A stretch of DNA of 64,000 nt from Paracoccaceae bacterium (GCA_012103375.1 WLWX01000001.1:2210492-2274491); one strand, 5' to 3'; counted from the first letter of the stretch, positions 35,088-45,006 are shown. Translations and numbers: made by a program. Notes: generated by a model not told the origin, from the letters alone.

Positions 35088-36349
35088 GTCTGACCCCCTT
35101 CGAATGTCAGCCCGGTATCGCGCAGCGGCTGCATCATGGCCGCGACCTCGGCCATTTTCACGTCCCGCCAGGAGGCATGCCGCCACATCGGCGTGTCGTC
35201 CCGGTCGATGATCTTGGCGCGGATGCCTTCGATGAAGTCGCCATGTTCCATGGATCGCGCCGTGATGCGAAATTCCTGTTCCAGCGGATTGTGTTGAAAA
35301 ACTCCGTTTTAGGGCCTGAACGATGATTTTTCTTTCCATGCAGCCCGATCCTAAATTTTTGGCGCGGGGGTCGGCCCAAATCGCCTACATGCGCTCACGC
35401 GCAGCCATGCGCTGTCTCGTGGTCAAAGCTTTCCGACTATTTCGCTTCATAGGTTTTCGCAAGAAATCCGCGACGCTCTGATTTCGGAGTTTTTCAACAC
35501 AATCAGCGCATAGCGGATCTGGGGCCGTACGCGCACGCGGTGGATCAACTGCGTTGCGCAGAACAGCGACAGCGGTGCGATCCGTGCCAGTTTTCCGCGC
35601 GTTTGGCGGCTGAAATCGCCGTCGTCTGTTTCAAGCGAGCGCATGATGTCGCCAAAGGTCTCTCCGCCGAAATGGGTGTCGATGGCGGGCTGCATGGCGG
35701 CCAGGTTCGACGCGCCGGGGTCCGTCGCCACCGCGTCCACCGCTGTCCAGTCGCCGGTGTCGACAAGCGCGGCCTTCAACGCGTCCCAGCGGTCCTGGGG
35801 CACGACATAATCCGCGAACCCGGCGTGCACCGCATCCGCTGGCCCCATCCGGTCTGCCGTCAGCCCCAGATACTCGCCGCAGCGCCCGGGTGCCTGCGCC
35901 AGCAGGAGGGAGCCGCCGACGTCCGGCACAAGCCCGATGCCAACCTCTGGTATCGCGATCTTCGAGGTTTCGGCGACGATCCGGTGTGAGGCATGGCACC
36001 CGACCCCAACGCCGCCGCCCATGGTGAAGCCTTGCAAGAAGCTGGCGACGGGCTTCGGAAACTCGAACAGCCGCGCGTTCATCCGGTATTCATCGCGCCA
36101 GAACCGCTGGCCATAGGTGAAATCGCTCGCCAACCCGGCGCGATACATCTCGGTGATGTCGCCGCCCGCACAGAAGCTGCGGCCTTCGCCCTCGATCAGC
36201 AGCATCCTGATGTTTGGATCGTCGGCCCAGCCGACAAGCGCGGCGTCGATGTCCAGACACATCTGATGGGTCAGCGCATTCAGCGCATCAGGGCGGTTCA
36301 GCGTGATGCGGCCAAGCGCACCGTCGCGGCGGATGTGAATGTCACTCAT
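35084..36349 (-). pseudogene. 3-hydroxyisobutyryl-CoA hydrolase (crotonase superfamily), split by MITE copy 4
   Basis: N-terminal part from ATG 36349: MSDIHIRRDGALGRITLNRPDALNAL...EGEGRSFCAGGD...QGFTMGGGVG...RPQIRYAL, up to the MITE. After the MITE plus TSD the same frame continues EQEFRITARSMEHGDFIEGIRAKIIDRDDTPMWRHASWRDV...FEGGQT*, with its stop overlapping the mmsB ATG. Confidence 0.8.
35287..35504 (+). mobile_element. MITE-like element, copy 4 (218 bp)
   Basis: Perfect 20-bp TIRs. Flanked by AGCG/AGCG. Confidence 0.85.
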
Positions 36350-36435
36350 CGTTCTACCATCCCCCGCGCCACGATCAGGCACATGATTTCGTTCGTGGTT
36401 TTCACGTTCTTATCCACCTTGAGGTCGCGGACGAT
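36346..36435 (-). pseudogene. possible 3' remnant (about 29 codons) of an acyl-CoA dehydrogenase
   Basis: Manual translation gives IVRDLKVDKNVKTTNEIMCLIVARGMVER*, with its TGA overlapping the hydrolase ATG. It resembles the ACAD C-terminus (..RD.r...i.EGT.EI...iiAR..) with EG degraded to KT. An in-frame TAG lies immediately upstream. Confidence 0.3.
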
Positions 36436-36592
36436 CTATTCGATGCCAAAACTGGCGAGGTCCATGGCCGCATTGTCACTGCGCCGCATGCGGATGCAAG
36501 AGGGTAGGGCGCGAGGCACCGAAACCCGGTTCGGGGCGGAAACATCACCACCCTGCGCCGGGTTCGATGGCATGGGAGCATCCGCAGTACCG

Positions 36593-37996
36593 TCAGTTTG
36601 TTATCAGCTCGGGCCCCATGAAATACGTCGGCAGGAAGGTCGAGATGATGGGCACATAGGTCACCAGGATCAGGAAGACGAACAGCACCGCCAGGAACGG
36701 CAGGGCGGCGCGCACGACGGCCATCATCGACATGCCCGCAACGCCAGAGGTGACAAACAGGTTCAGCCCAACCGGCGGCGTGATCATACCAATCTCCATG
36801 TTCACCACCATGATGATGCCCAGGTGGATCGGATCGATGCCCAGTTCGATGGCAATCGGAAACACCAGCGGAGCGACGATCACCAACAGGCCTGATGGTT
36901 CCATGAATTGCCCGCCGATCAGCAGGATCACATTGACCATGATCAGGAACATCACCGGACCAAACCCGGCCGACAGCATGGCCTGCGCAATGTGCTGGGG
37001 GATCTGCTCGTCCGTCAGAACGTGTTTCAGGATCAACGCATTGGCAATCACGAAAAGCAGCGTGACGGTCAGGCGTCCGGCGTCGAACAACGCCCGCCTG
37101 GTGTCGCGGTGAAAAAACGACGGCACCAGATAGATCACCGCATCCAGCGCCATCCGCGGCAGCATAGCAACCGCTGCCCCCGGAGAGCCGGGAACAGGCC
37201 GATCCGTCAGCGGCCCCATGTCGCGATAGACGAAGGTCGCCACGAAGAAGGCATAGACGCTGGCGACGGCGGCAGCCTCGGTCGGGGTGAAAATGCCGCC
37301 ATAGATGCCGCCCAGAATGATCACGATCAGGAACAGGCCAAAGAAGGCGCTGGCCCCGGATGCGGCAATCTCGGTCCAGCCGCGCCATTCGCCCTTGGGC
37401 AGGTTCCTGATCTTGGCGATGGCATAGATCGTCACCATCAGCATCAGCCCCGCCAGCAGCCCCGACAACACCCCGGCCAGGAACATCCGACCGACCGAGA
37501 CCTCGACCGCTGCCGCATAAACCACCATGACGATGGACGGCGGGATCAGGATGCCCAGCGTACCCGCGTTGCAGATCACCCCGGCCGCGAATTCCTTGGA
37601 ATACCCGACCTGTCGCATGCCCGCGATCACGATCGAACCGATGGCCACAACGGTTGCGGGCGACGACCCGGACAATGCTGCAAACAGCATGCAGGCAAAC
37701 ACCCCGGCAATGGCCAGCCCACCGGGCAGATGCCCGACACAGGCAATGGAAAACCGGATGATCCGCTGCGCGACGCCGCCGGTCGTCATGAAGGACGACG
37801 CCAGGATGAAGAACGGAATGGCCAGAAGGGTGAAGTGCCCCTCGAACGCTTCGAACAGCGTCTGCGCGATCGAGGCCAGCGACGTGTCCGAGAACATCAG
37901 CAGGAACAGAGTCGAGCTTAGCCCCAGGCTGACCGCGATGGGCACACCGATCATCAGCAGGCCGATGACCAGTGCGAACAGAAATACGACCTCCAT
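36593..37996 (-). CDS. dctM: TRAP transporter large permease (DctM)
   Basis: ORF track, 467 aa. Polytopic membrane protein, last gene of the P-Q-M order. Confidence 0.85.
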   Translation of the reverse strand: MEVVFLFALVIGLLMIGVPIAVSLGLSSTLFLLMFSDTSLASIAQTLFEAFEGHFTLLAIPFFILASSFMTTGGVAQRIIRFSIACVGHLPGGLAIAGVFACMLFAALSGSSPATVVAIGSIVIAGMRQVGYSKEFAAGVICNAGTLGILIPPSIVMVVYAAAVEVSVGRMFLAGVLSGLLAGLMLMVTIYAIAKIRNLPKGEWRGWTEIAASGASAFFGLFLIVIILGGIYGGIFTPTEAAAVASVYAFFVATFVYRDMGPLTDRPVPGSPGAAVAMLPRMALDAVIYLVPSFFHRDTRRALFDAGRLTVTLLFVIANALILKHVLTDEQIPQHIAQAMLSAGFGPVMFLIMVNVILLIGGQFMEPSGLLVIVAPLVFPIAIELGIDPIHLGIIMVVNMEIGMITPPVGLNLFVTSGVAGMSMMAVVRAALPFLAVLFVFLILVTYVPIISTFLPTYFMGPELITN

Positions 37997-37999
37997 CGC

Positions 38000-38674
38000 T
38001 CAGACGTCCTTTGTTGCGGCGCGCTGCGCCGCTTCGATATCGTCGTCTTCAACTTCGTGGCTGGCGACGATCCGGTCGATATCTCCGCGCCAGATCGCGA
38101 TGGCTGCCTGGAAGAAACGCAGCATCAGCAGCGCGGCGGACAGCGGCAGGATGAAATAGGGCACGACCTTTGGCAGCTTTTCATATGCTTCGCCATAGTT
38201 GATCGCGCCTTCCAGGAAGCCGAAAATGCCGATCATTGGTATGTCGTCTACTTCGTAAAAACTCTGGCTGCGGAACTTGTCTTCAAAGCCGGTGGGGAAC
38301 CAGCGCCCGCTGGTCGGGGGCAGATCGGCAAAGACCGACCAATAGTCATAGGCCCCTTTCAGCAGCAATACCGAGAAGATCATGCAGGCCACGACCGAGA
38401 TCAGGCCCAATGCACGACGCGCCGCTGGCGGCAACAGGTTGACGATCGCATCCACGCCCAGATGCGCGCCCTTCTTGACCGCATAGGGTGCGCCCAGAAG
38501 TACCAGCCAGCCGAACAGGAACACAGTGGTTTCCAGCGCCCAGAGGATATTGGAGTTAAAGAAATACCGCGCCAAGACATTGGCGAATGTGATGGCCACC
38601 ATCAGCCCCAGGATGCCGACGATCAGCGTTTCCTCCAGCTGGTCCACAAAGCCGGAGCTTTCATGCGTCTGCAT
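38000..38674 (-). CDS. dctQ: TRAP transporter small permease (DctQ)
   Basis: ORF track, 224 aa with four hydrophobic segments. Lies 3 nt upstream of dctM. Confidence 0.8.
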   Translation of the reverse strand: MQTHESSGFVDQLEETLIVGILGLMVAITFANVLARYFFNSNILWALETTVFLFGWLVLLGAPYAVKKGAHLGVDAIVNLLPPAARRALGLISVVACMIFSVLLLKGAYDYWSVFADLPPTSGRWFPTGFEDKFRSQSFYEVDDIPMIGIFGFLEGAINYGEAYEKLPKVVPYFILPLSAALLMLRFFQAAIAIWRGDIDRIVASHEVEDDDIEAAQRAATKDV

Positions 38675-38750
38675 GCCGTCCCCCCCGATTGCCCCTGTCG
38701 TTATTTTTGATGCGGGCCTGCCAAATGACCGGCAGGCCCGCTGTTTTGGT

Positions 38751-39767
38751 TCAGCTTCCGGCGTTGAAGCTTTGGGCCGCGTCGATCATGTCCTGACCAA
38801 CGTCACCGGCGAACTTGTCCCAAACCGGCTTCATCGCTTCGACCCAGGCCGCGCGCTGTGCGTCGTCCAGCTGGCGAATGACGCCACCGGCGTCCAGGAT
38901 CGACTGTTTGGCGGCCTCGTTCACGGCGAAAGCCTCTCCGTTGCGAAGCTCGGTCACTTCGTTAAGGATGGTGGTGAACTGGTCACGCACCGCCGGATCA
39001 AGACTGTCCAGCCAGTCAACGCTGGCTACCACCAGATAGTCGATGATGCCGTGGTTGGTTTCGGTCACGCCGTCCTGAACTTCGAAGAACTTGCGTCCGA
39101 AGATGTTCGACCAGGTGTTTTCCTGCCCGTCCACAACGCCCTGCTGCAACGCGCCGTAAACTTCCGAGAACGCCATTTTCTGCGGCGACCCGCCAATGGC
39201 TTCCATCTGCGCGACCAGCACGTCCGAGGATTGCACGCGGAACTTCAGGCCGTTGGCGTCGGTGGGCAGAACCAGCGGCACATTGGCCGACATTTGCTTC
39301 ATACCGTTGTGCCAGAACGCCATGCCCTGCAGGCCACGGCGCTGCATGCTGTCCTTCATCGCCTGACCGGCATCCGAGGCCTGAAATCCGTCGACCGCTT
39401 CGATGTCCTTGAACATGAACGGCAGGTCGAACAGGCGGAATTGCTTGGTGAACTTCTCGAACTTCGACAAGCTGGGTGCGGCCAGCTGAACGTCGCCCTG
39501 AAGCATCGCCTCAAGCACTTTGTCGTCGTTGTAGAGGGTCGAGTTCGGGAACACCTCCATACAGGCGGTGCCGTCCATTTCGGTGTTCACACGTTCCATC
39601 AGAAGGGTCGCGGCGATGCCCTTTGGATGCTTGTCGGTGTTGGTGACGTGGCTGAATTTGATGACAATTTCACCGTCGTCGCATCCGCCCGCATGGCTGG
39701 CAGCATGCGCGGCACCGGCACTGGCAGCCAGTGCTGCGGCAGCAACTGTGTGAATGATGTGTTTCAT
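38751..39767 (-). CDS. dctP: TRAP transporter substrate-binding protein, DctP type (C4-dicarboxylate-like)
   Basis: ORF track, 338 aa with a signal peptide. IVIKFSHVTNTDKHPKG...LAAPSLSKF...FDLPFMFKD...FWHNGMKQMSAN...MAFSEVYGALQQGVVDGQEN closely parallels my recollection of Rhodobacter capsulatus DctP. Confidence 0.85.
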   Translation of the reverse strand: MKHIIHTVAAAALAASAGAAHAASHAGGCDDGEIVIKFSHVTNTDKHPKGIAATLLMERVNTEMDGTACMEVFPNSTLYNDDKVLEAMLQGDVQLAAPSLSKFEKFTKQFRLFDLPFMFKDIEAVDGFQASDAGQAMKDSMQRRGLQGMAFWHNGMKQMSANVPLVLPTDANGLKFRVQSSDVLVAQMEAIGGSPQKMAFSEVYGALQQGVVDGQENTWSNIFGRKFFEVQDGVTETNHGIIDYLVVASVDWLDSLDPAVRDQFTTILNEVTELRNGEAFAVNEAAKQSILDAGGVIRQLDDAQRAAWVEAMKPVWDKFAGDVGQDMIDAAQSFNAGS

Positions 39768-39947
39768 GTCGGTATTCTCCCATGGTTGGTCGTCCCCGTT
39801 TGGCCGGGGTGATGCGTTTTTTTATCTGACAGGCGCGGGTATTGATATGGAAATCTTGCGGGCGATTGCCCGGGCACATGAAATGCGTGTGCTTTGCGTT
39901 CCGAGCCCTTGCATTAGTTAACACAAGCAGGTCACTTTGGCGCCGGG

Positions 39948-41126
39948 ATGAAACACATTCAGCAAGATCCGACCGATCCGGCATTCGTGCAGGATCCTTA
40001 TCCGTTCTATGAACGCGCCCGCAGCCTGGGCGATGTTGTGTTCTGGGACGACTACGACATGCCCGTCGCCCTTGGTCTTGGGGCCGTCAACGCGATTTTC
40101 AAAGCCCGAACAATGGGGCGCGAACCGCCCAAGCGCCCGCCCGCGCAGGCCCATCTGGCCGACTTCGACCGGGTCGAGGCCTATTCCCTGCTGGAGTTGG
40201 AGCCGCCCGACCACACCCGGTTGCGCCGCATGGTCCAACATGCGTTTTCGACCCGGCGGATCGCGGCGATGTCGCTCGATATCTCGGTTCTGACCTACAC
40301 CATGATCGACAGGTTGCCGTGGGCCGAGGATTTTGACCTGATCGACTGCTTTGCGGGGCCTCTGCCGGTATTGGTTATCACGCGTCTGATGGGGTTGCCC
40401 GACGAAGATGCGCCCCAGTTGCAGGCTTGGTCGAACGCCATGGTGGCGATGTATCAGGCGCGGCGCGACCGCGCTGTTGAAGACGCCGCCTCGGCCGCGG
40501 CCGCAGCGTTTGAGGATTACCTGCGCCACGCCATTGCCGCCAAACGCTCGGACCTGGGCGAAGACCTGATCAGCGATCTGATCCGGGTGCGCGAAAAGGA
40601 TGACAGCCTCAGCGACGGCGAAATGATCTCGACCTGTGTGCTTTTGCTGAACGCGGGGCACGAGGCGACCGTGCACACCATCGCCAACGGCGTGAAGACG
40701 CTGCTAGAGCGCAAAACCCCGGTGGCCGCGCTGGAACCGACATCCATTGAAGGCACGGTTGAGGAGATTTTGCGTTTCGATCCGCCGCTGCACAAGTTCA
40801 CCAGATATGTCTACGAAGCCACCACGGTTTCGGGCGTTGAACTGAAGGCAGGTTCCGAGGTTGGTTGTTTGCTGGCAGCCGCCAACCGGGATCCCACAGT
40901 CTGGCCCGGTGCGCGCCTGTTTGACCCCACGCGCAAAGTCACCAAAAACGCCAGTTTCGGTGCTGGCATCCACTTTTGCCTTGGTGCGGCGCTGGCAAGG
41001 TTGGAAATGCAGATTGCCCTGCCGGCCCTGTTCACCCGCTGCCCGAACCTGAAACTGGCCGGGGCGCCCGAATACGCGGACACCTATCATTTTCACGGGC
41101 TGAAACGGCTGATGGTGACGCGCTGA
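39948..41126 (+). CDS. cytochrome P450
   Basis: ORF track, 392 aa. Heme loop FGAGIHFCLGAALAR, EILRF (ExxR) and an I-helix LLNAGHEAT. Confidence 0.85.
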   Translation: MKHIQQDPTDPAFVQDPYPFYERARSLGDVVFWDDYDMPVALGLGAVNAIFKARTMGREPPKRPPAQAHLADFDRVEAYSLLELEPPDHTRLRRMVQHAFSTRRIAAMSLDISVLTYTMIDRLPWAEDFDLIDCFAGPLPVLVITRLMGLPDEDAPQLQAWSNAMVAMYQARRDRAVEDAASAAAAAFEDYLRHAIAAKRSDLGEDLISDLIRVREKDDSLSDGEMISTCVLLLNAGHEATVHTIANGVKTLLERKTPVAALEPTSIEGTVEEILRFDPPLHKFTRYVYEATTVSGVELKAGSEVGCLLAAANRDPTVWPGARLFDPTRKVTKNASFGAGIHFCLGAALARLEMQIALPALFTRCPNLKLAGAPEYADTYHFHGLKRLMVTR

Positions 41127-41180
41127 AGCGCCATGCGGACCATCAGAAATGCTGTTGGAATGGCCTCCGCCCGGCGCGCG

Positions 41181-42602
41181 CTACAACAGCCCCGGCAGCC
41201 ACAGCACAATCGCCGGGAAGGCGATCAGCACGCCGACCGTCACCACGTCGGCAATGAAGAAGGGTGAGGCACCGCGGAACACGTCCTGCACCGATATATC
41301 CATCTTCGCGTCCTGCGACACGCCCGCCACCACGAAACAGTTCAGGCCGATGGGTGGCGTAATCAGACAGAGCTCGGCCATTTTCACCACGATGATCCCG
41401 AACCAGATCGCGCATTCCTCGGCCGTTATGCCAAGCGCCGAGTCGGCCCGCAGCACGTCTGCGCCCCCGTTCAGCGCGATGACCGCCGGAAAAGTAATCG
41501 GCAGCGTCAGGATCAGCATGCCGATGGCGTCCATGAACATCCCCAGGATGACATAGGCCCCAAGGATCAACAGCAGGGTCACCAGCGCCGGTTGCTCCAG
41601 CCCCGCGATCCAGTCGGCGAAGGCGTTTGGCAGCTTGGCGAAGCCCAGAAAACGCACATAGATCAGCACCCCCCAGATCATCGTGAAGATCATCACGGTC
41701 AGCTTGGCGGCTTCCATCAGCGCGCCTTTCAACTGACCCCAGCGCATGCCCTGCCACAACGCCATTGCCAGCACGACGCCTGCGCCCAGGGCCCCAGCCT
41801 CGGTCGGGGTCGCCCAGCCGAAATAGATCGAATAGACGATGATGAAGACGACCAGCAGGATCGGCATCGCGCCGGGCAGGGCGGTGAACCGCTGTTTCCA
41901 GGTGAACCCCCCGACGGGCGGGCCAAGGCTGGGGCGAAACCGCGCCATGCCGGTGATCAGCCCGGCATAGATCAACGCCGAGACGACGCCCGGAATGAAG
42001 CCCGCCAGCAACAGCTTGCCGACGCTTTCCTCAACGATAATGGCATAGATCACCAGGATCGCCGAGGGCGGGATCAGCGAGGCAAGCGTCCCACCGGCGG
42101 CGACAACCCCGGCAGCGAAGCGTTTGTCATAGCCGACTTTCAGCATCTCAGGGATGGCGATGCGCGCGAATACGGCCGAGGTTGCGACGGATGCGCCAGA
42201 CACAGCGGCAAACCCGGCGGTGGCAAAGACCGTGGCAACGCCAAGCCCGCCCGGCAGCCATCCGACCCAGCGTTTTGCGGCCTCAAACAGATACCCGGTC
42301 AGCCCGGCGTAATAGGCAAGGTAACCGATCAGAATGAATGTCGGAATCAGGCTAAGCGCATAGGTCGTCGATTTCGAATGCGGCACTTGCCCGGCAAGCT
42401 TCATCGCCGTGATCAGGCCTTTGTCAAACCCCTGTTTCTGCATGAAAAACAGACAAAGACCCAGAAAGCCGATGAACGCCGTCGCAAAGGCCACCCGCAC
42501 CCCGATGATGACAAGAACCAGCATCGCCCCCGTCAGCCAGAGCGAGACGGTAAAGATATCCATCCCCGCCAGCAGCACCTTCATGTCGACAAGGTTATCC
42601 AT
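41181..42602 (-). CDS. TRAP transporter large permease (second system)
   Basis: ORF 41181-42674 trimmed to ATG 42602 (GGAAGG 9 nt upstream). The alternative start at 42674 is not excluded. Confidence 0.8.
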   Translation of the reverse strand: MDNLVDMKVLLAGMDIFTVSLWLTGAMLVLVIIGVRVAFATAFIGFLGLCLFFMQKQGFDKGLITAMKLAGQVPHSKSTTYALSLIPTFILIGYLAYYAGLTGYLFEAAKRWVGWLPGGLGVATVFATAGFAAVSGASVATSAVFARIAIPEMLKVGYDKRFAAGVVAAGGTLASLIPPSAILVIYAIIVEESVGKLLLAGFIPGVVSALIYAGLITGMARFRPSLGPPVGGFTWKQRFTALPGAMPILLVVFIIVYSIYFGWATPTEAGALGAGVVLAMALWQGMRWGQLKGALMEAAKLTVMIFTMIWGVLIYVRFLGFAKLPNAFADWIAGLEQPALVTLLLILGAYVILGMFMDAIGMLILTLPITFPAVIALNGGADVLRADSALGITAEECAIWFGIIVVKMAELCLITPPIGLNCFVVAGVSQDAKMDISVQDVFRGASPFFIADVVTVGVLIAFPAIVLWLPGLL

Positions 42603-42716
42603 CACGCGAAGCCTTCCGAAATACGGCAGCGCAAGCCGTGCACTCGCCAATCCGTCGGGGCGACCGTCGAGCAACCGACAAATCCAGCCTTCGGTGCGTC
42701 CATGGAAAATGCCGCG

Positions 42717-43346
42717 TTATCCATCGGCACCAACTACAGACTCCGCTTCCTTATTGGCCTGCGTCGCCGGATCCTCGATCAGCGGCACCGCCACGGGCAC
42801 ATCGGCATCGTCGCGCAGCGCCCGCCCAAACCCCCAGAGTTGTAGCGCAAGCCGCACCCACAGCACCGCCATCGAAAACGGCACGATCAGCTTGGCGGGC
42901 CAGAGCGGCAGGGCGATGTCGATCGAACTGTCGGTGGACCAGTTTGGCGCGCCCCAGTCGAACGAGCGCAGGAAATGGAAGAACGTGCCATAGATCAACG
43001 CCGTGGTCAGCAGCAGTATGAACAGAATCGACAACCACTCGGCCAGCCACAGCGGTCGGCGGCGCAACCGGCCGACGACGATATCCATGCGGATATGACC
43101 ACCTTCCCGCTGGCAGAACGCCAGCCCAAGGAAGGCGAAAGCGGCCATGAATTGCTCGGTCCAGTCGACGTAGCCGGGCACAGGAATGTTCAGAAATTTG
43201 CGCCCCAGAACATTGGTGATCGCCAATAGCACCAGCATGAAGATCACCACGCCGGACAGCAGATTCAATCCGCTTTCCAGCTTCAACCAGCCACGATCCG
43301 CCCGTGACAGGATAGTATCATCGCTTTGAACGGAAGAGGTGCTCAT
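42717..43346 (-). CDS. TRAP transporter small permease (second system)
   Basis: ORF track, 209 aa with four hydrophobic segments. Lies between the binding-protein and large-permease genes. Confidence 0.7.
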   Translation of the reverse strand: MSTSSVQSDDTILSRADRGWLKLESGLNLLSGVVIFMLVLLAITNVLGRKFLNIPVPGYVDWTEQFMAAFAFLGLAFCQREGGHIRMDIVVGRLRRRPLWLAEWLSILFILLLTTALIYGTFFHFLRSFDWGAPNWSTDSSIDIALPLWPAKLIVPFSMAVLWVRLALQLWGFGRALRDDADVPVAVPLIEDPATQANKEAESVVGADG

Positions 43347-43409
43347 ACAGGGGTCAGGTCAGATCGAGGCCCCGGAATGCACCGGGGCCACAATCATCAA
43401 CCGTTTGGC

Positions 43410-44423
43410 TCAGTTCGCCATCCGGGTTTTTTCCAGGGTCGAGATCACAAGGTCATACAACTCCTGACCCGGCAGGCCCTGTGCGGTCATGTCGTCGATC
43501 CACTGCTGGTGGATCGGCAGGCTGGCCTCGCGGAACTTGGCAATCTCGGCCTCGTCCACGGTGACCTTGGTGACGTTCTTCTCGGCCAGAATGCTCTCCC
43601 ACTTCTGAAGAAGTTCGCCATAGTTGGTCAGATAATGGTCGATGCTTTCGCCGACAGCCGCATCCAATGCGGCGCGATGCTCATCACTCAGCGCCTCATA
43701 GGCGTCGGTGTTCACAACCACCGGGCAGTTCACCGTGCCGGGGTTCAGGTTTTCGGTCCACCAATCAGCAATGTCGATAGTGCGGAACGACAGGTGGGCG
43801 TGCTGCGCAAAGGCCACCGTATCCACTACGCCGCTTTCCATGGCGTTATAGGCTTCGGTCGCGGTGACCGAGGTCGGCACCCCGCCCACGGATTCAAACG
43901 CCTGACCCAGGCCACCGGTGGCGCGCACGCGCATGCCATCGAATTCCGACAGCTCATCACGCGGATCGCCGGTGCCAACCAGATTGTACTGCGGCATCGG
44001 GCTGGTCATCAGCAGTTTCGCGTTCCACTGCGCCATTTCTTCCTGCACGGCGGGGTGCGCGTAAACTGCGGCTGAAACGGCGACCTCCTCGTCCAGGTTC
44101 GCTACGCCCAGGAACGGCAGTTCCAGCACGGTGATCGCGCGGTTCTTGTCGCGGTGATAGCCGGCACAGAACTGCGCCATCTCGAAAGCCCCGATCGAGA
44201 TCCCGTCCAGATTCTCGCGGTTCATGGACAGCCCGCCATAGCTGACGTTCATGGTGAAATCGCCGCCGGTCTTCTCGCTGACCAGTTCAGCCATCTTTTC
44301 GATATGCTCGGTAAAGGCGCGCCGCTTGCCCCAGACGCTGACATTCCATTCGACAGCGACGGCTTCGCCTGCAAACGCGGCGACGATCCCGGCCAGTGCC
44401 AGGCGTGAAAGTGTTGTGTTCAT
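43410..44423 (-). CDS. TRAP transporter substrate-binding protein (second system)
   Basis: ORF 43410-44504 trimmed to ATG 44423 (MNTTLSRLALAGIVAAFAGEAVA signal). First gene of a P-Q-M ordered operon. Confidence 0.75.
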   Translation of the reverse strand: MNTTLSRLALAGIVAAFAGEAVAVEWNVSVWGKRRAFTEHIEKMAELVSEKTGGDFTMNVSYGGLSMNRENLDGISIGAFEMAQFCAGYHRDKNRAITVLELPFLGVANLDEEVAVSAAVYAHPAVQEEMAQWNAKLLMTSPMPQYNLVGTGDPRDELSEFDGMRVRATGGLGQAFESVGGVPTSVTATEAYNAMESGVVDTVAFAQHAHLSFRTIDIADWWTENLNPGTVNCPVVVNTDAYEALSDEHRAALDAAVGESIDHYLTNYGELLQKWESILAEKNVTKVTVDEAEIAKFREASLPIHQQWIDDMTAQGLPGQELYDLVISTLEKTRMAN

Positions 44424-44691
44424 GATGTCCTCCCAGACGTTACGGGTTTCAGTCCCGCTGACACCGTGCATCGTAACGGCACGAGTTGGGAGCGCCAACA
44501 CCAAATCGACCCGAACACCACGACCAGCGCCGGGGCAGGCTTTCAGGCAAACACCCTTCGGATTTACCGATTGTCTTTTCGCCGAAAATACTCCGGGGAG
44601 GTCTGGAGGGGCTGGCCCCTCCAGCCATCGCTCGCAGCCACGTACCGCACGATTTCATATCGTGCGGCCCCTCCCAATGGAACGGACCGGA

Positions 44692-45006
44692 TCAGGCTTC
44701 GTCGATCAGCATCGCCTTGGCTTCGGCCATCATGGCGACCATCTGCGCGCGGATATCGGCTTCCGAGGCTTTGTCCCCAAGATCGCCGGACAGCTTGCGA
44801 TAGACGTCTTCGTCGCCAGCCTCTTCAAAATCCGCCTTGACCACCTCGGACGCATAGGCCGCGGCGGCGTCGCCGGTTTTTCCCAGCAATCCGGCTGCCC
44901 ATAGACCCAGCAGCTTGTTCCTGCGCGCTTCGGCCTTGAACTGCATATCCGCGTCATGGGCAAATTTGGCTTCGAATGCGGTTTCGCGGTCGTCGAATGT
45001 GGACAT
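44692..45006 (-). CDS. F1Fo-ATP synthase inhibitor zeta subunit (DUF1476)
   Basis: ORF 44692-45225 trimmed to ATG 45006: [46 protein letters not shown]... This parallels my recollection of the Paracoccus denitrificans zeta subunit almost residue for residue at the N-terminus. Confidence 0.8.
   Translation of the reverse strand: MSTFDDRETAFEAKFAHDADMQFKAEARRNKLLGLWAAGLLGKTGDAAAAYASEVVKADFEEAGDEDVYRKLSGDLGDKASEADIRAQMVAMMAEAKAMLIDEA

Noticed and set aside
34215-35339. 374-aa version of mmsB, and the 230-aa ORF at 10254-10946, both starting MERKIIVQALKRSFSTQS
   Set aside because: The shared N-terminus is encoded inside the MITE and reads out of its end. The real mmsB start is MKIGFIGLGN at 35087, and the other ORF is a pseudogene fragment.
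39872-39887. Sigma-54-like promoter GGGCAC-N6-ATGC about 60 nt upstream of the P450 start
   Set aside because: The match is partial (-12 ATGC instead of TTGC, no T before GG). The only enhancer-binding protein in the window lacks GAFTGA. No upstream activator repeats were evident.
36908-42845. Plus-strand ORFs 36908-37921, 38057-38710, 38526-39812 and 41592-42845, opposite TRAP transporter genes
   Set aside because: The minus-strand products are clearly DctM/DctQ/DctP-like. The plus-strand frames are His/Arg/Gly/Asp-rich with no hydrophobic or family pattern.
44603-44667. Two perfect 9-bp-stem hairpins (44603-44624, 44645-44667) downstream of the zeta-subunit gene as intrinsic terminators
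   Set aside because: The stems are real, but neither is followed by a convincing T-run on the transcribed (minus) strand. I left them uncalled. They could equally be REP-like palindromes or RNA-stability elements.
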